From the sequence record MZ475891.1: a stretch of 64,000 nt of DNA. The stretch is one strand, 5' to 3'. The notes beneath the pieces are model-generated. The model made no database searches. It worked only from the letters and a program-made list of their open reading frames with translations, and was not told the origin of the DNA. Position 1 is the stretch's first letter. Every line of letters begins with the position of its first letter. A program made the translations under genes and the position numbers. This document shows, one piece after another, positions 47,191-55,415 of the stretch.

Positions 47191-49511
47191 CAGATCACCT
47201 TACGACTAAGAGACGACACACCAGACTTCTTAGTGACCGTCCACTGATTGTTAGAGAAGTGCTCAACATCGTTTGGAGTTATCCAGTAGATGTTAGGAAT
47301 GATCTGCTTGAGAATCGGCAGGAAGTTGTTGACGATGTGACTGCTCACAGCAGGACTGCAACTGTTGTCGGGCTCATCCAGAACGATGAAGTTGGTGCGG
47401 CGGTTAGCTGGGATGAACGGCATGATCGCTACAGCAAACAGCAATCTAAAGCAGTTCGTCTCTGCACCACTCATGATACCAATGTCCGTAGTCTTCTTAG
47501 AGATCATACGAGTCACGGTAGCACCAACACCCTGCTTGGTCGTGAACAAATCAAAGTGCATCGGTTCAGGGAACACCAGCGAGGAGTATTCGTTCAGCTT
47601 CTTCTCAATCTGTTTCAAACGACCTTCGACGGCTTTCAGTTTCAGCGCGTTGTTCGAGTATGCTTTGTATAGCACCTCAAACACTTTGCGCTTATCGATC
47701 AGAGGCTGCAAGTCCGCGAGCTTACCACGAAGTTCCTTGAGAGTCTCCTCGTAGTGCTCATGCTCTTGGATGCGCATCTTGATCTTCTGGGCCTTGTGCT
47801 CTTTCTTATCAATGTCGTCTGTCAGCTTCTCAACTTCCTGAGTAACCTTCTTGAACTCGGCATCAAGCAGATAGAAGTCGTTGGAAGGTTTGCCTACAGC
47901 TTTGAGCGCACCAAGCAATTCACGCAACGTCTCAAGGTCTTCGATGCGACCCTCAATGACTTTACGTTTCTTCTTCGGCTTCTCAATCTTCTTCGGCTTC
48001 TTCAATGAATCGAGGCGAGTGTTGAGCTTGTCATACTTCTTGGCAGACTCAAACTGCTCTTCCATTTTATCCAACAGCTTACCGACCTTTTTCATACGAG
48101 CTTGAAGTTCTTCACGGTCGAGCTTCGGCTTCTTGACCTTGTTGTCTTTGAGCGCTTGGAGTTCAGCAGACAACGCATAATAGTCCAGAGCTTCGATGCA
48201 GTCATCAACAGTAGCCCGTGCACGGGTTGCAGCTTTAGCCATCGACTTCATATCAACATCCTGAGAACACGTAGGGCACTTTGTACCTTCAACATGTTCG
48301 GACAGATGCTCAAATGCTTTTACGATTGCTCGCGCTTCTGCTCGCGCATCACGAGCTTCTTCCTCAGTTCGTTTAGGACTTTTGAGCTTAGATAGCCGCT
48401 TTTCCAATTGTTTGACTGAGGACTGCCATGCTCGGTATTCTTCTTGCTGGCCATCAATCTCCTCCAGGAGCTGTTCGATTTCTTCCTCTTCGGCCACCAG
48501 CTTGCGATGCTTCTTGCTTGCGGCTTTGCTATCAAAGTCCGAGCAATCGCCGAGTTCTTCAAGTTGCTTGTGCAGCTTTTTCAGATCTGCCTTATACTCT
48601 TCCAGCAGTTCCTCATACTCGGCGTACATGTCGTGCAGTGCAAGGTCGGAGCGGAGTTTCTTTAGCTCCTGTTTGGGATCATCTGACTCAATGCCAAGCG
48701 TGTCGAGTTGATGTTTAATCTTCTCATACTTCTTGGCAGTGTTACGTTCGGTACTTACTTCAACAAGACGCTCGGACAAGTTGTTACGCTTGGCCTTGAG
48801 CTTGTCGATCATGCTGATAATACTTTTCAGCGTGTTCTTTTCTTCTGCATGGATGTCCAGCGCGTTTTGTTTACGCTGCATAACGTCCAGCATATCGGCC
48901 AGGCCTTTAGATTCTGTCTCGGCATCTTTTGCCAGATCAAGTTTCTTCTTGAGCGCTGCGCGAATGTTATCGAACACATCGAGGTTGAACAAGCTGGTCA
49001 GGTACTTGAGACGATCAGCAGGAGCAGCACGCTGGAACGGATGAGAGATCTGCGACTGGATGTAGCAGTAGCTGTAGAACTCATCTTTAGACAGAGGCCA
49101 GTGCTTCTGTACCCAAGAGCGTGCAACGTCCTGACGACCAACCTTCTGGTCTTCGCCGTTGTAGAATACCTGATACTTGGTAGACGACTGCACGACACGA
49201 ACAATGCCACCAAGCGGTGACTTCCATGACAGGTCAATCGAGCTACCCTTGCCGAGCATGTTACCCTTGTCTTTCTTTTTCATCGCAAGGGGATCAGCTT
49301 CATACAGCAAGGTAGGTATTGCAGCGAACAGCATACTCTTACCTACGCCGTTCGTGTTTTCCTTAACGTCTGGACTATCGAGGTTCTTTCCGCAGATTGT
49401 TGCGAAGCCCTCTTTGTCAAGGCCATCAATGTCGAGTTCCTTGTACACGCCAACGTCGCGCAAGTGAATCTCTTTCAGGCCAATACCGTGTTGCTGTTTT
49501 ACTTTCGCCAT
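47190..49511 (-). CDS. Rad50/SbcC-like SMC ATPase
   Basis: Walker A G.N...NGVGKS, coiled coils, zinc hook CPTC, signature MSGAE, Walker B LDEPD. Confidence 0.92.
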   Translation of the reverse strand: MAKVKQQHGIGLKEIHLRDVGVYKELDIDGLDKEGFATICGKNLDSPDVKENTNGVGKSMLFAAIPTLLYEADPLAMKKKDKGNMLGKGSSIDLSWKSPLGGIVRVVQSSTKYQVFYNGEDQKVGRQDVARSWVQKHWPLSKDEFYSYCYIQSQISHPFQRAAPADRLKYLTSLFNLDVFDNIRAALKKKLDLAKDAETESKGLADMLDVMQRKQNALDIHAEEKNTLKSIISMIDKLKAKRNNLSERLVEVSTERNTAKKYEKIKHQLDTLGIESDDPKQELKKLRSDLALHDMYAEYEELLEEYKADLKKLHKQLEELGDCSDFDSKAASKKHRKLVAEEEEIEQLLEEIDGQQEEYRAWQSSVKQLEKRLSKLKSPKRTEEEARDARAEARAIVKAFEHLSEHVEGTKCPTCSQDVDMKSMAKAATRARATVDDCIEALDYYALSAELQALKDNKVKKPKLDREELQARMKKVGKLLDKMEEQFESAKKYDKLNTRLDSLKKPKKIEKPKKKRKVIEGRIEDLETLRELLGALKAVGKPSNDFYLLDAEFKKVTQEVEKLTDDIDKKEHKAQKIKMRIQEHEHYEETLKELRGKLADLQPLIDKRKVFEVLYKAYSNNALKLKAVEGRLKQIEKKLNEYSSLVFPEPMHFDLFTTKQGVGATVTRMISKKTTDIGIMSGAETNCFRLLFAVAIMPFIPANRRTNFIVLDEPDNSCSPAVSSHIVNNFLPILKQIIPNIYWITPNDVEHFSNNQWTVTKKSGVSSLSRKVI

Positions 49512-49705
49512 TAGATATACTCGAAGGCTTCTTCCTGAATCAAACCTTTACCGTGAGTCTGCTCGAAGATTTCGATTTCATCATCGGTGTAAGGCTCAGC
49601 AGATTCTGCGATTACGTGATACGCAATGCTTTCATCGCGGTTGGCCAGATGCTCAGGCTTTACGATACGCCACACTGGAACTTGAATTGGTTCGCGATCA
49701 ATCAT
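49511..49705 (-). CDS. small hypothetical protein
   Basis: Likely ATG 49705 in an ATGA overlap; stop overlaps the Rad50 start. Confidence 0.55.
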   Translation of the reverse strand: MIDREPIQVPVWRIVKPEHLANRDESIAYHVIAESAEPYTDDEIEIFEQTHGKGLIQEEAFEYI

Positions 49706-49914
49706 TGGTAAACAGTCTCCGTTACTACCCACATGTCAGGGTCATTATATTTTTGACGCAGTTCTTGGAGAGCTTCGTCGGAAAGAGGTTGGCTGGTGGT
49801 GCAGACGCATTGAGCAACGACCTCCGGCTTAGAAGTAACAGGGTTAATGTCGTGATCGTGACGCATCACGTTCCACTGTTGCTTAGGGGTCATTGAAATA
49901 TAAAGGTGTTCCAT
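49702..49914 (-). CDS. small hypothetical protein
   Basis: 70 aa, downstream of a CTGTAAATA motif. Confidence 0.55.
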   Translation of the reverse strand: MEHLYISMTPKQQWNVMRHDHDINPVTSKPEVVAQCVCTTSQPLSDEALQELRQKYNDPDMWVVTETVYQ

Positions 49915-49951
49915 AGCGCTTGCCTATGTGTAGTGTATTGTTGATGGACGT

Positions 49952-49960
49952 TATTTACAG
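49952..49960 (-). promoter_or_regulatory. motif A upstream of the Rad50 operon
   Basis: CTGTAAATA after a terminator. Confidence 0.6.
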
Positions 49961-49978
49961 TATTTGAGGCATACAGAC

Positions 49979-50010
49979 AAAAAGAAGGGCCACCATCTAG
50001 GCAGCCCTTG
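49979..50010 (-). terminator. intrinsic terminator
   Basis: AAGGGCTGCC-TAGAT-GGTGGCCCTT followed by CTTTTT. Confidence 0.75.
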
Positions 50011-50016
50011 CATGTC

Positions 50017-50463
50017 TTAATATCTACGAGGCTTCTTAGGCTTCTTGATCGTAGACTTAGGACGCTTGATAGCCCGCAGTGCTTTGCGTGCTTCCACAAT
50101 TTGTTTGGCTACAGTGGAACGACGAGCTTTGACCTGGTCTGTATCTTGGTCAGTGCCTTTCAGCTTATCGAGTCTGTTCCATTCTTGCACCAGACGATCA
50201 ACAACACCAGCACGACCTACGCGTTGCTGGTTGATGCGCACAATGTCCTGATGAGTCTTCACGGAGTTTTGTGCGTCTTTCTGTTTAGCACGCGCAGATG
50301 CAACGTGGTCAGAGTTACCCTCAGCAGACTTCTCGTTAAGCTGCTTACGTCTAAGTGCCAGACGGCGTTGCGCTTGCTTGAGTTCGTCTTTGGAGTTCTC
50401 CAGTTGCGTCTGCATGTCTTCAAGAGGACTTGAGCGTGCGCTCAGACTAACGAGAAGTTCCAT
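50017..50463 (-). CDS. basic coiled-coil protein (MELLVSLSA tag)
   Basis: Start ATG 50463 after GAGGA. Confidence 0.6.
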   Translation of the reverse strand: MELLVSLSARSSPLEDMQTQLENSKDELKQAQRRLALRRKQLNEKSAEGNSDHVASARAKQKDAQNSVKTHQDIVRINQQRVGRAGVVDRLVQEWNRLDKLKGTDQDTDQVKARRSTVAKQIVEARKALRAIKRPKSTIKKPKKPRRY

Positions 50464-50470
50464 AGGTTCC

Positions 50471-51022
50471 TCACACAGGCTGTATGGTAATGATCTGGAC
50501 GCCTTGTTCATTACGCGACTTGAGAATGCGGAAGCGGAAGTCTATTGGATAAATCCATTCGAGTTCATCCATAAGACCATCAAGAATCATCTCACGTTCT
50601 TCTTCGTCACCACCGAATTCTTTATCAAGATCAGCAGCCATGATAAGATTGTACGTGCGTTGCCAATAGTTGAAGGCTTTGTTCTTTGGCCCAGGAAGAA
50701 TCTCCAGCATCGTATCTGTCTTGCCTGCCTTTGCAAAACCTTTAGCAGTAGCGAAGTCTTGACTGAACGACAGGTACTTGTTGATCATCACGAAAGGATT
50801 CTTAGCCTGCTTAAACAGAGCCATGAGTTCTTTTTCGTACAGACCACGATACAGAGGCATCTCAGGACGCTCGGGATATTTAGCGATCAGATCATCAAGC
50901 GCAGGGCTGGAGCGATTAGCGTCAATCACATGCCCTTTATCGTGGAGCATCGTCCACATAATGTCTTGCTGTCTGTCGGTGTAGGCAGGTATCTTAGCAC
51001 TGAGGCTAACCATAAGTTCCAT
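50471..51022 (-). CDS. putative ADP-ribosyltransferase (R-S-E class; VIP2/Alt/Mod-like)
   Basis: LYRG, YLSFS and ELEWIYPIDFRFRI give the ordered R...S-x-S...E-x-E triad. N-terminus MELMVSLSA. Confidence 0.7.
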   Translation of the reverse strand: MELMVSLSAKIPAYTDRQQDIMWTMLHDKGHVIDANRSSPALDDLIAKYPERPEMPLYRGLYEKELMALFKQAKNPFVMINKYLSFSQDFATAKGFAKAGKTDTMLEILPGPKNKAFNYWQRTYNLIMAADLDKEFGGDEEEREMILDGLMDELEWIYPIDFRFRILKSRNEQGVQIITIQPV

Positions 51023-51038
51023 ACATGTTCCTTAAAAG

Positions 51039-51061
51039 AAAAGGCGGACCGAAGCCCGCCT
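51039..51061 (-). terminator. intrinsic terminator
   Basis: AGGCGGGC-TTCG-GTCCGCCT followed by TTT. Confidence 0.85.
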
Positions 51062-51150
51062 CTGAGTAATGTGCGCTATGCACTCGACGGTTAAGTCTCC
51101 TGCTATTGTTTTACCTCGTTGCAGTAAACGAGGAGATAAGGATCACCTCC

Positions 51151-51699
51151 TCAGACGGTACCTAATACTTCAAGCACATCTTCGTCGTCCACACTTGCAG
51201 ACCACGAACGCATAACAGAAGCATTGCCGCGATTGCCTGTCAGCATTGATTTAACTGCTGGTGTGGCTTCGATTTCGGCATAGTGTTCCAAGAGAGCTTT
51301 GTCATCTTTGAACCACATAATGGAGTTACCGTCCTTAGGGACGATCAAGAATTGGGTAGGCTTCTGGGTGACGTTTAACGTCAGGTAGTAATCACCAGCA
51401 CCTTTAGGAGTCAGCATCGGCATTGGCTTCATCGCATACATGAAGTCCTTAGCGTGCATGAGTTTCTGATCGCCGAGCAACCAGATTGCGCCTTCTTCGC
51501 CTTGACGCACAGCAGACAAATCGCCTTTACGTGTTGCAATCGTTCCGAATACATCTTTATCGAAACGTGACAGACCGAAGATCAGCGATGCGAGACGCTT
51601 CAGGTCCGGGGTCGTGCATGGACTGTTGATTACAGCCATACCCTCAGACCCAAGTGTGAATTTAGAGAGTGAAATAAAGAGTTCCATCGTAACGTCCAT
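51151..51699 (-). CDS. hypothetical protein (MELFISLSK tag)
   Basis: 182 aa; alternative ATG at 51687. Confidence 0.6.
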   Translation of the reverse strand: MDVTMELFISLSKFTLGSEGMAVINSPCTTPDLKRLASLIFGLSRFDKDVFGTIATRKGDLSAVRQGEEGAIWLLGDQKLMHAKDFMYAMKPMPMLTPKGAGDYYLTLNVTQKPTQFLIVPKDGNSIMWFKDDKALLEHYAEIEATPAVKSMLTGNRGNASVMRSWSASVDDEDVLEVLGTV

Positions 51700-51752
51700 A
51701 CCGTCTTATGAATGTATGGTAAAATTAGTGTTCCTTAAGACATTTCTGAAAT

Positions 51753-51782
51753 AAAAAAGGGCGACCCTTAGGCCACCCTTTT
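51753..51782 (-). terminator. intrinsic terminator
   Basis: AGGGTGGCC-TAAG-GGTCGCCCT followed by TTTTT. Confidence 0.8.
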
Positions 51783-51797
51783 GTTAGTTATTTACCA

Positions 51798-53075
51798 CTA
51801 CTTCTTCTTTTTCTTTTTCTTGGGCTTTTCGTCTTCGTCGTCATCTTCGACTTCGTTACCCAATTTCACAGACAGCTTGCCTTCATAAATGTCGGCCATC
51901 AGACTGAGGATAGTTGCTTCCAACATAATGTCAGCAGGCACGGAGGTACTGTTGAATGCTACCTCTGCTTCTGCCAGTGCTTTCTGCAAATAGATCAGGC
52001 AAACAAGATTGACCTTAATCTTCTCTTGCTTAACCATATTCAGGAACATCTTGAGGCCAGCAGACTGCCACTTGTTTGTGTCAGAGTAATGACCAAGCGC
52101 ACCGTGAAGTACCCAGCGTGCTTTCGCTACGATTGCTCGTGGGTTGTTTGCTTCACGCAGGAACTGAATGACGCCGATAAGGTCCATCGCAATGAACGCA
52201 CCGATAGTCTGAACTGCTTTGCCTTCCATTTCAATTTCTGGATCGGCCGCTGCAAGTTCTGCCACCAGCTTCTTATCAAACGCTTCACCGCCTTTAACTG
52301 ACGCAAAGATGTTTTGCATCATCGTGATTGCACCGCGCATCTGACCGCCTGCATACTCGGCAACCTGATGCAACGCTGATTCAGCTTTATCACGCGCTTT
52401 ATCTTTCTTAGGCATGATGCCAAGAATATCAGCGATTTCTGACAGACGCTTCGCAATGATGTCGGTAGGAATCGGCCTGATAGGAAGTTGTGTCATACGA
52501 CTGATCATCGTATCTTTCATCTTCTCAGGGTTCGTGGTCACAAAGATGAACACGACATGCGCTGGTGGTTCTTCAATGATCTTGAGGAACTTCGATTCGG
52601 CTGCGCTCGACATGAGGTGCGCTTCATCGAGAATGAACACACGGCGCTTGAACATAGGTGCCAGAGGTGCTGAGTCAACGATGCGCTGCGAGCCTTCAAC
52701 TTTACCAGAGTCGCTACCCATATCGAACTCTTGCACGTCAGGGTGCTGGCCGTTGTTGTACATCATGCGACACGAGGCACACTTACCACACGCGCTAAAC
52801 GAATCACAGTTGATGTACTTTGCGACGAGACGCGCAAACGTTGTTTTGCCGCTACCCAGATGACCTGTGATAATCATCGTTGATGGAACTGTTTTCGACT
52901 TCTGCCAACCGTTCATGATCTTAACGATGTGGTCTTGACCTACATAGTCTTCGATACGAGTCGGTCGGAACTGAGCGGCAAAGTTTACCGTAGTCAGTTC
53001 AGTAGAAGATTCGGACTTGGAACTATCTGAACCAAAGTCGCGTTTCTTCTTCTTTTTCTTTTCTTCTTTCGCCAT
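51798..53075 (-). CDS. dnaX: clamp loader AAA+ subunit (DNA polymerase III gamma/tau-like)
   Basis: FRPTRIEDYVGQDHI, GHLGSGKTT, zinc module C...CGKCASC, LDEAH, LK.IEEPP and SR. Confidence 0.9.
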   Translation of the reverse strand: MAKEEKKKKKKRDFGSDSSKSESSTELTTVNFAAQFRPTRIEDYVGQDHIVKIMNGWQKSKTVPSTMIITGHLGSGKTTFARLVAKYINCDSFSACGKCASCRMMYNNGQHPDVQEFDMGSDSGKVEGSQRIVDSAPLAPMFKRRVFILDEAHLMSSAAESKFLKIIEEPPAHVVFIFVTTNPEKMKDTMISRMTQLPIRPIPTDIIAKRLSEIADILGIMPKKDKARDKAESALHQVAEYAGGQMRGAITMMQNIFASVKGGEAFDKKLVAELAAADPEIEMEGKAVQTIGAFIAMDLIGVIQFLREANNPRAIVAKARWVLHGALGHYSDTNKWQSAGLKMFLNMVKQEKIKVNLVCLIYLQKALAEAEVAFNSTSVPADIMLEATILSLMADIYEGKLSVKLGNEVEDDDEDEKPKKKKKKK

Positions 53076-53111
53076 GATGCTATTGCCCTTTAGTTTGATG
53101 CTTACTGTCGA

Positions 53112-53120
53112 TATTTACAG
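53112..53120 (-). promoter_or_regulatory. motif A upstream of the clamp loader
   Basis: CTGTAAATA after a terminator. Confidence 0.6.
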
Positions 53121-53129
53121 ATTTTAGAC

Positions 53130-53165
53130 AAAAAGAAAGGACCACATCCAAAATGGAGGGTCCTT
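53130..53165 (-). terminator. intrinsic terminator
   Basis: AAGGACC...GGTCCTT stem followed by TCTTTTT. Confidence 0.65.
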
Positions 53166-53216
53166 AAAAAGTCTATCTCTGGTATGGGACAGCTATCACT
53201 AGTGGCAACAGGTGAT

Positions 53217-53426
53217 TCATGCAAAGCTCATCTCCCAGCGGGGCGTCACGCGGGAAAAGAGTTTAAATTCTTCAGGTGGGTTAGACTTGATTTCGTTGAT
53301 GGCTGCTTCAACGTCATCGTAATCGTGAAGTCCAGCTTGTACGGTCTGCGTAACGAACGTACCATCTGAATTGATCAAGTCAGCGACGACTCGATAACTT
53401 GGGCGACTCTGTTGCATCCTAAACAT
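53217..53426 (-). CDS. small hypothetical protein
   Basis: 69 aa, AGGAG RBS, upstream CTGTAAACA motif. Confidence 0.6.
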   Translation of the reverse strand: MFRMQQSRPSYRVVADLINSDGTFVTQTVQAGLHDYDDVEAAINEIKSNPPEEFKLFSRVTPRWEMSFA

Positions 53427-53475
53427 AACATCTCCTGAATATTAAACCTCAACGTTCTTGAATTATGTTTACAGA

Positions 53476-53871
53476 TTGCTTCGGTCCGTCCTTGCGATCT
53501 AAAGTCAGAATAGTCTTAAACTCCAATAAGCTCTTGTTAGAACGTATTGGAGTCCACCCTGTCAGATGACGGTCGTTCAGGGCTTTCTCCCCGCACACTT
53601 ATATAGCGCCGTGCGGCAGGCTGCGCTCGCGAGGTCTTATGTTTTCCACGGCAGGTGGTCCAGGAGGTAGCGTCCTCTGAAAAGATACCCGCCGCACAAC
53701 AGCCTCGCTATCGGCCAATCAGCGATACGCGGTGTTACGCTGAATCGACCTAAATGACTCTGGCCGAGTCGTGTACAAAAAAGAGTTCGGTCCCAATCAA
53801 AAAGATGGCGAAAAAGAAAGGGACCGAACAAAAGGCACTCAGCGCAAACTCCTTATGCACTGTTTTTGTAC
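53476..53871 (-). ncRNA. candidate large structured non-coding RNA
   Basis: No well-supported CDS. Multiple 5-10 bp helices, including G-U pairs that work only on the minus strand. Upstream TAATTT motif at 53878-53883. Confidence 0.55.
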
Positions 53872-53877
53872 TTGGGA

Positions 53878-53883
53878 AAATTA
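53878..53883 (-). promoter_or_regulatory. motif B upstream of the candidate ncRNA
   Basis: ACTAATTTT, 7 nt before the first helix. Confidence 0.45.
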
Positions 53884-53911
53884 GTGACATTCCCTTTTAT
53901 TCAGAAAATTC

Positions 53912-54487
53912 TTAGTCGATGGTTAATTGCATCTGACGCAGAGTTTTGAGAAAATGTCTGCGTTGGAAAGATTCGATGCGGTACGGATGATCGATATGTT
54001 TGTTCCAGCCCTGATTAAATAGCATAATGTTGTCGGGCAATTTCTCGGCACCATTCCACTTCGGTTTATCATCTACAAGCAGGTAATTGCCTGCACCATG
54101 AACCGAATCAAGGAACGCAATTTTATCAGGGTAAATCAGTGGACTAATCACATGGAAGTGATCTATCACGTGGAGAAGTCCGCGCATCGCTAGACGCGAG
54201 TAACGAGTTCCAAGTTCGTGATAGCCACGATGAGTGCAAACACCAACAGAGTAACCTTGCTGCACAAGATACTCCAACGTGCCCTTTGCATACTGACGCA
54301 TACGCGCATCGAGCATGAACGTCGGACTATTCAGTATCTCACTGAAATGAATACCGCCATTCTCAGGCGTAATGTATTCACCTTCACCGATAGTAACTCC
54401 TTTGGCAGCAAGTTTCTTGCGCATCACAGGGTGAGTCTCAAAGAACGTATCATCCAAATCGAAAAAGATTTTCTTTAGCTTTTGCAT
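53912..54487 (-). CDS. HAD-family 5'(3')-deoxyribonucleotidase
   Basis: FFDLDDT (motif I), VCTHR and LVDDKP. Confidence 0.8.
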   Translation of the reverse strand: MQKLKKIFFDLDDTFFETHPVMRKKLAAKGVTIGEGEYITPENGGIHFSEILNSPTFMLDARMRQYAKGTLEYLVQQGYSVGVCTHRGYHELGTRYSRLAMRGLLHVIDHFHVISPLIYPDKIAFLDSVHGAGNYLLVDDKPKWNGAEKLPDNIMLFNQGWNKHIDHPYRIESFQRRHFLKTLRQMQLTID

Positions 54488-54822
54488 TAATGCCTCGTGC
54501 TGTTAAAGAGCATGGGAATGTCGTTGATGTGTCCGAGATTGAGAAGTAGGTCTGTGTGTAGCAGGCGCATCTCATCCGCGTTGCAAATAACAATGACTTC
54601 TTGCAGTGGGTCAATTAAGAATCGAGGCACCTCAAGCAATTCGACGGTCATGCCATCATCAAGCTCGTCAACAAGGTGCGCACCCTCCATCCATGTTCTA
54701 CCTTCAGCATCATCTTTCAAATGACCGATAAAGTATTCGTCATCCAGCTCTATCATCATTAGTGCTGTGTGATCAATTTCTAGATCATCAAATTCAAAAT
54801 GAAAGTCATCGTCGTTGCACAT
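54487..54822 (-). CDS. acidic hypothetical protein
   Basis: 111 aa, coupled in the operon. Confidence 0.55.
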   Translation of the reverse strand: MCNDDDFHFEFDDLEIDHTALMMIELDDEYFIGHLKDDAEGRTWMEGAHLVDELDDGMTVELLEVPRFLIDPLQEVIVICNADEMRLLHTDLLLNLGHINDIPMLFNSTRH

Positions 54823-54824
54823 GG

Positions 54825-55415
54825 CTATGCCCTCAGGTCAACCAATATAGATCCGCTTAGGTCACGCAGCATCTCTCGACCAAGAGGCGTGTACATGATT
54901 TGATGCACAGCAATACGTTCGAGGAACTGTTTGCTGGAATGCACATCGTGTCCTGTACGCTTTCGAACAAACTCTATGATCGAGGGAGCAGGTTGAATGA
55001 GGAACGTCAGTATCTCCGCATCGTGGAGAACACTACCCATGTCAGTGATTGGCTTTAGCTCAGTCTCCTGATCAAGGATATATCGGATAACGCGTTCCTC
55101 GTTACCAGTTTTAGGATTATGCTTAAAGAAGGCGCGAGCAGATTCAACCATAAGTTTGAAATCATACTCGTCATCCGCAGTAGGCATTCTGAGAAAGAGA
55201 GCAGCAAGCAACAAATTTATTTCCACCTGTGGACCACGTTCAATGTTGAGCATCGCGTGTGCGGTGAGCACTACATCAAGCGCATAGTCACGAGTATACA
55301 GAGGATGAGAGGCTACTGTTCTGTCAAAATAGTCAAGGGCTGTGCGAAGTCCGTGACGAGATAACAGGTGCTCTGCCTTAACACGAGCTAGGCGTTGCAC
55401 CCTAGTCTTCTCCAC
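54825..55415 (-). CDS. hypothetical protein, possibly a degenerate HD-fold
   Basis: LLAALFL and VLHDAEIL resemble HD-domain helices, but the canonical HD dyad is absent. Confidence 0.4.
   Translation of the reverse strand: MEKTRVQRLARVKAEHLLSRHGLRTALDYFDRTVASHPLYTRDYALDVVLTAHAMLNIERGPQVEINLLLAALFLRMPTADDEYDFKLMVESARAFFKHNPKTGNEERVIRYILDQETELKPITDMGSVLHDAEILTFLIQPAPSIIEFVRKRTGHDVHSSKQFLERIAVHQIMYTPLGREMLRDLSGSILVDLRA

Noticed and set aside
53637-53831. 64-aa minus-strand ORF inside the structured region
   Set aside because: TTG start with no well-spaced RBS, atypical composition, and it runs through the strongest helices. An RNA interpretation fits better, but the ORF is not formally excluded.
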